A program made the position numbers and the translations under genes. Under the pieces are notes generated by a model. That model had not been told where the DNA came from, ran no database searches, and saw only the letters and a program-made list of their open reading frames with translations. A stretch of 64,000 nucleotides of DNA from Balanoglossus misakiensis (Eukaryota; Animalia; Hemichordata). Positions 39,001 to 51,600 of this stretch are shown piece after piece; within the stretch, counting starts at the first letter, position 1; each line of letters opens with the position of its first letter. The stretch is from NCBI GenBank assembly GCA_040954595.2, contig CM082595.2:4139943-4203942 (forward strand). Reading direction: 5' to 3'.

Positions 39001-40017
39001 GCTGGAAAGGGGTTGTTTGAATAGACACTATACAGCCAAATCTGTGTTAGTGGCCACCTCTGTATGAAGTGGCCACTTTGTTACGGTCCCTGTGCATTTA
39101 ACATGTACATTAATTGTCCTGTATATAAAGGCCACCTGTCTATAATATAGAGGCCAGTTTAGGAAAGTCCCTTGACTGGCCACTATAGACAGGTTCGACT
39201 GCACTCTGGTGGTGAAAGTTGAATGAAATCATTAGAGAAAATGTGTCCTTACCATTATGATGTTTTTGTCTGAGTTCTTGTCGTCGACATCGACCCAAAA
39301 CGTGAAGAGGGGATCGATCCAGTATTCGCTGTGCAGCAGTATGAGGGCTTGCAGCATGTCCCAGGAGTCGGGATCCCAGTCGCCGAAGCCATACCACCCT
39401 TGCAGTTGGCCGATGATCTTCTTCAGCGGCTCGGCCTTGGCGTCCTCGATCTGCTCCTTGTTCATGCACGACCTGTAGAAGTGCTTGAGCTTGCGCTCGG
39501 CGGACAGCTCGGTGTCCCGGGCGATGTCCTCCTGCACGATCTGCCGCAGCACCTCCTGGGTCTCCTTCCAGAGGATGCGGTCCAACCCCCAGGCGGTGTA
39601 GTCGGCCGGGATGGGGTTGTCGCCGAGCCAGCCGCCGCAGGCGTAGTGGAAGAAGTCCTGGCACGGGTCCACCGAGGTGTTCATGTTCTGCAGGAAGAAA
39701 GCCGAGGTGGCCATGCACTGTTGCGAAACGCAGAATTCGGGCACTCTGTCCTGGCTCGTCTGGTGCAGCAGGGCTATGTAGGCAGTAGCCAAAGCTATGC
39801 ACGCCATCGACAGGAGAAAAATCACGCTGAGGGTTAGTGTCTTCTGACTCCAGCGGGGCCGTCGTCGCCTCCCCTTGGCGGGAGTGAGCACGACCTCCGG
39901 CTGGAGCCTCTCGGTCTCGATACCGTTCATCTCCACAGAGTCGTAGGTGCAGTGCTTATTTTGGTGGTTTTGGTTGACCTCCATTTTGTCAATGCGGTTG
40001 TTCGGATAGCAACTCAT
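20244..40017 (-). CDS. M13-family zinc metallopeptidase (neprilysin/endothelin-converting-enzyme-like), type II membrane protein, 17 exons
   Basis: Exon 1 (40017-39253) has a TM segment and CVSQQC...[15 protein letters not shown]. Further exons near 30032-29970 (VDQGGLG), 28860-28744, 27193-27106, 26921-26800, 26530-26308, 26153-26054, 25753-25677, 25562-25458, 25230-25171 (NAYY), 25017-24965 (FPAGLLQ), 24042-23975 (GHELIHGFD), 23540-23416, 21208-21142 (GENIAD), 20979-20884, 20535-20459 (HSP) and 20349-20244. Some middle-exon boundaries are approximate. Confidence 0.95.
23074..23205. repeat. Tandem duplication of a ~65-bp unit containing long G runs
   Basis: ttgttttt(t)ggctgtRctggggagtctttttcgYtcgtc(G)n taagcacc occurs twice head to tail. 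Confidence 0.85.
27020..27094. repeat. (GTCA)n(ATCA)n compound microsatellite
   Basis: cagtcagtcagt...caatcaatcaat. Confidence 0.95.
34939..35005. repeat. (TACA)n microsatellite
   Basis: Perfect acatacatacat run. Confidence 0.95.
39033..39201. mobile_element. Tc1/mariner-pogo-type MITE, copy 2 (same family as 8991-9093)
   Basis: ta|cagccaaatctgtgttagtggccacc...ggccactatagacaggttcgactg; its terminal ~53 bp match copy 1 in reverse complement. Confidence 0.8.
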
Positions 40018-40830
40018 GCGAACGCGTCTTCCCCGGCGAAAGAAAAATACAAGTAAGGCGAAAAGGCAGAAAATCCGAAGAAGAAGAAGACGTTCTAGGG
40101 ATGGCTGTTCGACGGTCGGTACGGACGAGTGTTAATTTTTGTGTACTGTCACCACACACCTCAGTGCATTCTCAGATGACTACATCACAGGAAAGACAGG
40201 TTGACGACGACAAAAGCAAACATATATAGAAGTGAACATGATTGCAGGGTGATTAGTAGAAAATTGAACCGGCTCTTGTAGCAGGGGGGCGGTCCCTATC
40301 CGCCCATCTATTCTATTAGTCAACGCTGCCCGGTTTAATTACAATCCGTCGGTTTGTATCAGCAGAACGTATGTATCGGTGATAAGAGACTTCTTTGTCG
40401 CACTCCTTGCAGAACCCCTCGACCTCCAGTGCGCGCGAAATATCTACCGCCAACAACTCTGCCCCTTGGTGACTTTTGACATACTTACCGGGGAAGGGAG
40501 ACGGCGGAACAGGCTGCACGGACTTCTGGAGAAGAAACAAACCTCTCTATGCCCGGGTTCTTGTCTCAGCGATGCGTCGGCATCAAGACTAGAATTGCTT
40601 TGGTATAGTGGTCGCACGCGTGGGCGATACCATTATGCAAAAATTAATATCGCACAGGGTGGTTGTCGCGCTAATAGATCCCAACGTGGGGGTTGGCGTG
40701 ACCCGTCGGGGTTTCCATTACACGTTTATTTTGAGCTGAAAAAAAGATCATGCGCGATTCATAAGGACACCTAAGCTTGTAATTTATATCCCCCTATATA
40801 AATCTGTCACTCAGCAGAATTGTATATTAA

Positions 40831-41502
40831 CCCCTTTCACCATAAATAATACACGGAAACCGTCATGTGACCGTGAAACCATGCGTTATACAAAAAAGAA
40901 AAAAAATCTACAAAGCGCACACCCGACTATTAGAGTACGAGGAGATATGACGACCTTCGAAATTTCGGGACTATGGCTATTAAAATGTGTAATTTGTCAC
41001 TGTTGGATCTGAGAATACACCACGACCCTCAAAGCACTTAGTATACGCATATACAATGTCCTTGTCTAGTACATCTCATACCTGGCGTAACATACAGTTT
41101 GTTCTTCAAGAAGACGACGCTCAGCGTATTCATATGAATACACGCATGTATATTCTCATTGAATTGTGCCAGTTGTAAACCTAGGTTTTGAATATTTCCC
41201 GTTATTTTTGCTTCAACTCCAGCATCCCCTAAACCGTTTGTTGTCCCTCAAATTTGGCTTGTGAAAGCGGCCACCCGTAGGATATGCGTAGAACATGCAC
41301 ATCCGAATTCAAGTCCGGATATAAATTCACGATTTGGTGATGACGATGTCCGACTCGGCATGTACGGGTTGGGTTGGTCAGCTGAACACCGGATGTGTTA
41401 AAGCTCCATTAGCTGTAACTTTTCAGTATTTTCGTTTCGGGTATCTACTATAGTTTCTTATTTCGCCTTCTCATCAATAGTTTCTTTGCGATGGTGAAGG
41501 GA
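40831..41502. mobile_element. Degenerate piggyBac-like element
   Basis: ttaa|cccctttcaccat ... atggtgaaggga|ttaa: imperfect TIRs similar to the 8121-8205 MITE. Confidence 0.45.
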
Positions 41503-41666
41503 TTAACGTGTTGGCTGACTTGAAAGGTTGCTGATAATTCATTGATGACCTAGTTAGTGTTCCGCTGAAGAGCTGTTATTATTTATGGTTTTCGGTAAGA
41601 TGAGAGCCGGTCGTTCTTGCTCCAGTGCCAAGAAGTGATACCGGTTGCATGTGTTCCCTTCAATGT

Positions 41667-42014
41667 AGTCTAGAATCCAGACTAGTGTTTTTTTCGCTAT
41701 GCTCCAAACACGTCTAGCATTTTGGTCTTCTTTTTGATTTTGCTATTTGCATGTCAAAGGACTCTCGTCATGGCAACCCAGGTCACCGATCACCGAACAC
41801 ACCTGCTCATTAATTCAGCCAATCAGAAGTAGATCAATTTATACTTGACTTCTTAGAGGTCATTATTATGATCACGTGGTGAGCATTGGCCTGAGTTGAC
41901 ATGGTTAGAGTCCTTTGACATGCAAATGGAAAAAATGTTAAGAAAAATAGACGACAAGGCCAGACTGTGTGGAGCATAGCGAAAAAACACCCACACGAGT
42001 TTGGATTCTAGACT
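41667..42014. mobile_element. Foldback/MITE with long imperfect TIRs, flanked by a 39-bp direct repeat
   Basis: agtctagaatcca..gtgtttttttcgctatgctcca..atttgcatgtcaaaggactct is inverted at agagtcctttgacatgcaaat..tggagcatagcgaaaaaacac..tggattctagact. Confidence 0.85.
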
Positions 42015-44384
42015 CCAAGAAATGATACCGGTGGCATATGGTCCCTTCCATGTGTATCTCTTTGACGATCACGAATGGAATGCATTATAACATTCGCGGC
42101 TTTCAGAAGGAAATCGTGCAGTGCCTTTCCCGAGTGGTCTGGACGCCCTCCAAATGCCTCTACAAGTGGGTCCATCGGTTGTGGCTTTGAGTAATCACTT
42201 TGTGTGGTTCCGAGTGATCACTTTACACTTCGAGGTTTTCAGGTCCTTTTCGATTCTGATAAACTCCCTCAAAGGCTCATTATTTGTAAATCTTGGCTGT
42301 TTTATTTCCAACTAAAACGATAAAAGTTCAATTCGAGCCGGTAATATGAATTTCAAAAGTATAGGAAAATGCCACTGGCTAGTCTACTGACCAAGCTGTC
42401 GATAAAAGAAACGAACATTTGATGTTTACCATGTGGGGAGCTTGAAACAGAGGTAGGATTTCACGTTTCCGGTCAAGCAGACAACAATGACTATAGCTGC
42501 ATGTATAGTTCTAGGCCTTAGGAAATGGGATTGGTCGTAGACTGTATCACATTCTCAGACAGTAATTTTTATTACACAACACGTTTGGAGATGACTTTTT
42601 ATTTCAGGTAAAATTGAAATGTTGGTCTTGTTTGATTGACATGTATTCTGGCTATGTCTCGAATATATCGCGATGCGTAAGCGTAAATTGCTATTAAAGG
42701 GTAATCTTTCGCGGACATCATGACAAAGTATTTCGAAAATTACCCATTTTTCTTTGCAAATCATGTCTTGTCGTGGTTTTGATGAAATGATGAGTCTTGT
42801 CCGAGTAACCGAAGAAAGGGAATACAGTATATGCAAACAAAATCATCATATTTCAAGTACTTCTAAACCTTTTCCAAATATGATATTTTCTGCAGCTGAT
42901 TGATTGACTAATGTCCATGTCTAGACTTCTGTCCGCCCGTCTGTCTGCCAGTTTGCCTACCGTTGCAAATGATTGCTGCCAAGTAATACAGGTTAAGAAC
43001 ATAAGTTCAGAGTTTCACAAAGTTGTAACTTTTTTTTGTCTTTGAACACGATGGGCCGTGTATTGTTTGTCTTGTGCCAGATTTAAGTTGTCCTCCCATG
43101 TAAACTGCCTAGGCACGCGAGATATCGCTGACTTTCGTCGAGTTTGGAAATCGATCTATTCGCCCCCCATCCCCATGCCTAACCACGCATGTAGTGTCCC
43201 TCTTCGTTTTCACCAACGAATATCGCCGAAATTATTTCTTAAAAGGACCCGTGCATGTGTTTTCTTTTAATATCAGTCAGACGAAACTTAGGGCACTGTT
43301 TGGAAATGCGAAAAGGTAGCCAACCTATTTCTCAAAATGGCGCGAAATAGGTCAAGCTGAAATAATTTCAACCTTTTGTAATATGACCCGGTAATATTAG
43401 ATGATATAGACATTTTGATAATCGTCTCTTGAAATGAGATCTAACATTATCATATTAAGATGCACACTGTTCAAATTGCTGATATCACATGGCGAAGAGT
43501 GAGCTTTCGTAAAACAACATTGTTCATTACTTTATTGCAAATATTGTTTGACTTGATACTTTAGTGGAATTCCTTCCTGAAAGTGGAGACCGGAGAAAAA
43601 CAGTTTATGTAATCAAAATTCTTATATTACAAATACCTTGTTTTTATCCCCATTTTCCTTGTTTATTGTGCCTTGGGAACAGAATTTCAGACAGAAATTA
43701 TATTCCTCTAAACCATTTAATTCTTTCTTATTAAAGTGTCTGGGTAGACTTTTGAACACAAAGAAGAACACAGGGTCTTAAAAAAGTACAAACTTAATTT
43801 TTGCCTGGACCCGAGTTATGTTAAACATCATTCTGATTTTTTACACAGTGTCTACCAATATTTTCCCCGTTTTATGTGAGAGAAGTCCGAAGTTTCATTC
43901 AGCAAAAATATGAGAAACAGTTAAGGACTTTGAATTTTGATGTGTACTCTGCCTGAATTTGGTAAATTCCCTATCGAGTATCACTGTCTGCCTATCTCAC
44001 TGACTTGTTGTCATTGCGTGTAAACACATTTTGTTTAGGGCTTTATACGAGCACACTGTCGCCAACGTTGACTTGGTATTTGATTTTATTTTCTGTCATT
44101 GCGGAATCATAGAAACAACATAATTATTGGGATCGTACACTAGGGGGCGTGCGTCAAAATGATACAGTGACACCTAGCTTGTTGCTATACAAGCCACCCC
44201 ATTTGACCAAAGGAAAAATGCACATTCGTCGTACAGGGCGCTGTCACCTCACAAGGAGTAACACGACCACAGATTATTTTGTATAAAAATATTTATTTCC
44301 ATTTATTGCATAGAAATGTGATGCATTGTTCATCAAAGTAGGAATTTTACTTCAGCCGGGTTCGATTGTTCGTTGAAACATTTA

Positions 44385-44749
44385 TTAAAGCCCCAGTCAG
44401 AACTCTAACTTTTGGCTATTTTTTTCAGCATTTTACTTTTTCATGTATCAACTGTGGTTTCTCGTTCTACTCCAGATAGCTTTATGAAATGTTCAGTCTT
44501 TAGCTTCTTAACAAAGCCTGTGCATGCATGAGTAATGGACATTGTTATTGTTGTTGATAACTGAATTCATGTCCGGACTTGAAATCAATTTTCAACAATA
44601 ACAGTGGTGATTACTACAAGAGGGCTGTGTTAAAAAATAATATTGAGCAATTATTTATGTTTCACTGAGTAGAACAAGAAACCAGAGTTGATACACAAAG
44701 CAATGATCCTGAGAAAATAACCCAACGCTGGAGTTTCTGAGGCTGTAAA
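44385..44749. mobile_element. Older Kolobok-like MITE with degenerate TIRs
   Basis: ttaaagcccc..tgtatcaactgtggtttctcgttctactc is inverted at gagtagaacaagaaaccagagttgataca..gaggctgtaaa. Confidence 0.65.
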
Positions 44750-45613
44750 TAAGACCTCTAGAGTTTTCCTTGAATAATCTATTGTAGCATGTATACCATG
44801 TACCCTGACCGACACATACTTTTTATTTGTAACCCAATATTTCTAACGTTTCAATACGTACTCTGTCAATATTAAATAAGATATAGGTTTGGGTGCCGAT
44901 ACAATGACACGTCTTATTAGTCGTGAGTATGTACAACGTATAAATACCACTGAAATGGTCCATGCCCCCCCCCCCCAAAAAAAAGTAGTAGTTTCCACTC
45001 GTTCAACCCTCATGCGAATCTAGTTCAAACTTTTATTCACAATGTCGTCTGTTTAAGTTTTGTAAAGCTAGCCATTGTAAATCAGCCAGGATGCCAACGT
45101 GGAGAAACATTGGCTGGTTGTATGGCAGCCGTTGTTGCAGTAAACCCCCGAACGCCTGAATACCACATGAACTCCTGGGATCTTGCGGCGCCCTCTCGTG
45201 GTGAATGCTTACGTTTAAACGTCAGTGATATTAGATTTCAAACTAAATGTAATAAAAAAGGTACGCCGAAAAGATCCTGCACCCCCTTGCCGGTCGCCTG
45301 TCCAAGACCATGGGCACATTTCAGTCATAGAAAGTCTGTACTGCCGAGATAACTGAAACATAGTGACCAGCGGTGTACTGGAAAGTCAGTTTGTAATTTA
45401 CGACTGAAATTGTTTGTGTGGGCGCCACACACGCCCTCAGTCGTTCTGTACTCATCACCTCGAAAATGAGTCACTGGTAAATATTGTCATCCAAGACATA
45501 AAAGGCGAACGCCATTTCAAATTTCAGCACCCGTCTGCTTCCTCTCTGATACAAGCCACAATGTGTAGCCCATGCGCAGCTCTGTAAAAGTATATGCGTG
45601 CGCAGTGGTACAG

Positions 45614-48600
45614 CTAGACGCACGTGACGCGCTCCTCCTTATTTGAAGTCAGTTCTTCTATTTTCATCTCCTCCAATTCCCGGTTTTGTTTTATCGGTTC
45701 CCACACAACCACACTTATGTCCGTGTTGTCCACTAACATGGGAGTATTTTCGTTGGGATCTTCTGTCTCGTTTTCCCCCTCTTGCTGTGCTCTGCTTCGG
45801 TCTTTGGGTGGTCGGCGTTTGTCGGCGAACTTAACTCCCATACCTAGAGGAGCAAAGCGCAGATGTCAGTTTAAAGGGTGGGTGTCGTTCCGTCTGCGGC
45901 TGCGGGTATAGGTCCTATAGGTCAACGCTGCTATAATAAGTCAAAGTAGACACTGCTACAATGTACATCTTTGCAAACAATGTGGTTGTTACTTTGTATT
46001 ACACTGAAGGGTAACTGCTACTATGTACATCTTTGTAACAATATGGTTGTTACTTTGTCTTACAGTGTATGTCACGGCAAACAATGCAATGTTACTTTTT
46101 ATTTCCAAGTGACGTGTGTTGGTTGGCAGGGTTTCCGCGATGGTGTGTTTACCATCTATTTAAACGTGATTACTTGTGAATAACAGGCATAGTAAACAGA
46201 GATTTGAAACCGAGACTTCGAGACTTCCTTTTGACAAGGTGCTCAGCACGACTTGTTGAATTGGAAGAAGATTGCCGTACTCGATAAAACAAAACGTGGC
46301 TTGCCTGTGCAGAAGAGCACAGTCCGCCATAGCAACCAACCTTTGCTGTTTTTCGTCCTGGGAAACGTTGTTTGTATGAGACCTTTTTTCCTGCGGTAGA
46401 GTCGCCTCATCTCAGAGACCACGAATGCCACAATAACGAGGACCAGACCTCCGCCGACGATGGAAGCCACTACGATCAGTTTATAGTTGAGAGACATCTC
46501 CTCTTCGTCTTTCTCAACGGCTGACATCAAGGAGAGAGGCGGCGGCGTGGTTGCCACGGCAGCCGCGCTGGCAACCTCCGGTCCACTGGAAGAGTTCTCC
46601 CTAGGATGCTGATAATTCGCCGAGGGCTGAGTGGTTAGACTGTGGTTGGACAGTTCGTAGAGCGAGACCATGTCTGTTTATGTATCGAGTGGGGGAAGAG
46701 AACGACAAATGTGAATTAATGTCAGAACGTGAATGCTGACGACATCCTTGGATCGCTAAAAGCCCGCCTGCAGTAATAGTGAACAAGGAAATGAAGAAGA
46801 AAACGCGCTGGTCAGATAATTTACGATAGGCTGTCGGCCTTTCTATATATATATATCCAGTGACACATTGAACTGTGTAGTACATATCGGTCGGCTATGG
46901 CGGATCAAAGCACGCACCTACGCACGCGTACACCCGCGGACCCCAGCCAACATGGCGTCAATGCTCTCTGATGAAGTCGTATATAAGCCAGTCTCGCCAC
47001 GTACTGATTTACAGCCGGGGAACCACGCTGCATTTTAAACACGTGGGGCTGAGAAACATGTGCTGTGAAGGTGACATTTTGCTGTGATATCAGTCGAACG
47101 CGGTACTGAAATTTCTCTGTACAATTTCTCTGTACTCTGAATGGGATAATTATTTTTGTACTGTATGCAAATTAAAGGTATACGGTCACCTATGCTGCTC
47201 TTGCCTTCACACACAATATCCTGTGGTGACGATGTCCACGCCATCAGCAGGGGCACGCGCTATTTCGAGTCTGAGAGACCAATGAGCCAAAATATGTCGA
47301 GTAAAGTATCAAGTTTGGTTGTGAAAAATAAACAGACCTACCTTCGTAATTGGAACACAGTCTCCGATGTGTTGAGTTACCTTCCACGCTAATATTGAAT
47401 CCATTTCTGTAACATCTTCAAATATTTGTAAAATATAAAAGAAGAAAAAGGAGAATGTTGAAGTGCGCTGATAATTTAAGTTAATCACGCTATAAAATAA
47501 CAGTCTGGCTTTTCTCACTGGGAATATTCGTGTAAGATAAGACTATGGCACAGCGTGGTGAAATGAAACTGAACACCGCTATACAAAGTTACCAGTGGTG
47601 TACATTAAAATGTCAATATATGAATTTATTTTGGGCCATTTTCGTATACTAAGCATAATGTATGAAAGGGGACTATATCGATTATGCAATAAAGAGGATT
47701 ATATCGATTGTGCAGTAGTTTAAATTAAATATTCGTCATAAATTGTATCCGTGTATTAACTCGCCAGTGCGCAGACGGCTGACTAAATACACTGTTTACC
47801 ACAGACTCTAGCATTTGACCAGACAGTGCGGCAGATGGGCGTGGTCTTTACCAGGCAAGAGCACGCATAACATGTGTTTGATTGTGATGCCACTGGAAAA
47901 CAGACTAGCATCTTGGTGTTCCGGATCTGGGAGATGTGCATAACGAAAACACCGAAAAATAGCCAGTATGACAGCCAACTGGGTCGACACATTTTCCCAC
48001 TGTTGTGACATTCATTACGGCATTTGATGGCTTGGATGAATCGCACAGCATGCCACTTTCATGACCCCTGAATGACCTTACACCTTTGTGTTGTTGGTAT
48101 GATACCATACACCATTCAAGGTTACATACAATATTCACCAATTCGTAACAGACATAATTCAATATCTCTAAGATGATTTCGAATGCAAATTCGACAGTGT
48201 GGTTGACCGCTGCAGGGTTCAAAGTCAAATGGTAAACTCATACCGACGAAATACCAGGTTGTAAAGGTCATATAAGCGTCATGAAAGTGGCCTATTTCAG
48301 AAACTCGTGACACACTTCTGTTATCTCCGCAGCTGGAGGGAGACTTTTCTTCCGTCACTGAAATATCAAAGTGGAACCCTGACAATTCTTGTCCTCCTCC
48401 TCTTGAAACATCTGAAGTAAATAGCACCGCTAATAGAAGACGCTAACCTGATTTTCTCTGTGCAATTACGACCAAAGTCGTGACTCTATGCTTGCCGAGT
48501 ACATCACTTTGGCATACTGCTATTTTCCAATTCAAAACAAGCGATATTTTTATCTGGATACATGCCACACAAACTGAATTTAGACGACAGTGATGAATTG

Positions 48601-51600
48601 GCTGGCGATTATTCAAACCAGAAATATGATTAATCTGACAATGGCAGCACGGCGAGACCTATGGGTTATCCGTTACATTGGACGAGGTCGAACATAATGT
48701 TGTAAGCCGTCTTTAGTTTGGCAGTTAAATGTCTCGCAGCAAATCCAATTGATATGGATAGGGTTTGGACGCGCGTTTGTGAAATGAAATTACTGCAGTG
48801 CGGTGGTGGATTTGAACGGCAGTCCGTCGGTACCAACCGCATTTAAGATGTCTCCGGCGTCTGTTCTGGCCGAGGTTCATTAGTCCTGTACTGATAATAA
48901 CGTTTCCGGGTTGTGACGTCATACATATGTTGTCCGACCTATCTCATTTAGGAACTGTCTGTCATATGCGGACTGAGCGCCATGCATCACTAGATATTTC
49001 TATAGTCCCTGCAGTGGGCATTCTATGGACGTGTCGACGTGAGCGTGTGGCCAATTTCTCTTTATTCATTTTACCATTACCGTTCCTGGATTCATTTCGA
49101 TAACAATCCTGCCAAACAGGACGAGAAAGCGAGACTTTCGCGGAAACGAGGTCACTTAATTTGATGCTTTACCATATAATACGTCATCTAAATTCAAAAG
49201 TGGGCACATTCTATTTCGCGAGCATGATAAGGGAGGAACGAGCGAAAGCACAAAGAGAACATGTCAATCAACTCCCCAGTAAGCCAGAAACCAGTTTTCT
49301 CTCACAGTGATATAGATAAAAATACTTACTGTGGTTGTGGCTGGCACATATCTATTCTTGACCACGTCTCTGAATATGTGTCGTCATCACAGAACATGCA
49401 CTCCCCTGCAAAAGCAAAGAAAGTAAAATGTTTGCTTATTAGTCAATAAATTCTGCATACGATTACCTTATATTTGTCAAATTTGGAAAACAATCCGTCT
49501 CTCCCTCTCTTTCTATTAGCAGAAGGTTAATCCAATGTACCATTTACACATCTAACAAATGATTATTGCTGCAATAATCTGGTATATTTTGCCTGATACA
49601 CAACATTAATAAAAAGTCTTTGGCCAATTAAGCCTATTATGATTCTAGTTTTTTATTGGCCATTGAAAAATCCACCCACCATTTAACATTTGCCGTAACT
49701 TTTATTTTTTCCCGTTTTGTGGTTGTTACAGGTAAAGAACAGCGTCACCAAGGTAGCCAAGTCAACCTTGAGGAAACCTTAATTAACAACATGATGGTAG
49801 GTCCCACTTATACGTTTTATTTTTGTACGCTACAAACCTACTAACTACACGAACTCCATTAGCTGTAATTGTTGGTGACTTTTTTCAGTCAGTTTACTCA
49901 AAGCAGTGTTTTTTCGAGTACCTAGAGACAGCTCACCCCGTGTGTGTATATATTCCCCAACCGTATTGTTATAGACATGCTATGCTGTCTAGCACACAAC
50001 AGGGAGTCAACCACAAGTACTGTTGTTGATACAGAAGGAAACATGTATTTTGCACAAAAACGGGGTGTTATCCTGCATTTCTAGTAAATGAATGTTTTCG
50101 CCTGGAGCTTGTTTTTACGAGATGTTGCCATGGAGGGAAAATAAAGCCCCATTCCGGTTTCAGTCTATTCTGAGAAATCAAGTCGGATCAGTCAGCTTTA
50201 TTTCATTAGAGCATGACCCGTTTCTATGGCAACAGGAAGAGGGGCGATGGTCTGTGATTAATCGGCCTAAATTACTGTTTTCCTCAAATGAATGTGTTCC
50301 TTCAGTTGGCGAGCCTGGTTTCTGGCCGCGAGCATTCTAAATAAGTCTTCTTGGAATTGAAATTAAACATACTGTAAACACTGGGTATATACCGGTAAAT
50401 CTTCATTCTCCGTCACATGTCTGTAGTCGGTTTCAAAGCTAAATGTCGATATGATCGGGTTGGGTTTAGTCAGACTTTTCGAGCGTTAATTTGACGGCAG
50501 TAAATTAAAACATTTAAAGCAAAAAGGGGAAACAAAGCTTTGAATGAGATTGCTTAATCGGGATTTCATTGGAATCGGTTGACTCGGCCGTCCCCAGAGT
50601 TATGCCATGCGTGATGAAGAAAAGGGGTACTGACACATGGACGATAATTGGATTAATTTAAACGTCGTAAAGCACGCTCTCTTTTACGACATTTGAGGAG
50701 TTCTATGCAAGGCACGTTCTCGACAGCGAAGATAAACCGCAGACGTTGGAAATAGATTAATAGAGGCAGGTTCCAATAAACATGGCGATACTGATTCAAA
50801 AATCCAATAACAGACATTAATGCATAATTGTGTTAAGATTATATGCATCACGCAAAATTGCATCAGGAAATTATGTGCAAGGCACTGGTACTTGCTGACA
50901 AAAAATATGGAATGACGAAGCCCCGGATATTATAATGATGTCATTGACCACGCAGCCTTGGAACTAGTTGCATAGAGCCTCAAACTAAATAGAACAGCCA
51001 TTGCACTCGATTGCAAACTCTATATTACCCCTAATGCTTTTTGCTCACCTATACAAACCGAAGCAGGGCTGCATCTTAGACGCATGCGCGATGGTCTACC
51101 ACACCAGCCCTTCAGATCGAATGACGTCACCGATCAAGTCGCGGCACGATGTGCAATCATATCGAGAAAGCGTTGTCGAGATTCTCTAGCGTATGTAAAT
51201 GAATCATGACGACGAAATATTTTATGAGCCTCATTGCCCAGGATTAGCACTGGGCAGACCAGCTATAATTTTCACCTAAAAGGCTGACAAATACACTTTG
51301 TCAGTGCTATGGAGTGGGAGTCTTTTCCAGATCCATTTGAAGGCCTTCGCTGTGTGCAATACCAGTCCATTGAACAAACCTGTAATTCGAGTCCCTGCGT
51401 CACCCTTTAAACTGATTTGTTGCTAGGATACATCTCTTGGACGCTACAGTCGTTGCGGGAATTCAGCAATTTGCGATGTGTCTCCAGGGGGACCCACACT
51501 GTGTATGATTATTGTCTTGGAAGGGCGTTTCATGACCTGCGCACTGAGATTTTTTTAGTAATGTATGTTTAAGGTATCATTTGTAGGGAGAGAGAGAGTC

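Noticed and set aside
39140-39837. 220-aa and 168-aa ORFs overlapping peptidase exon 1
   Set aside because: They arise from GC-biased codon usage of the real exon.
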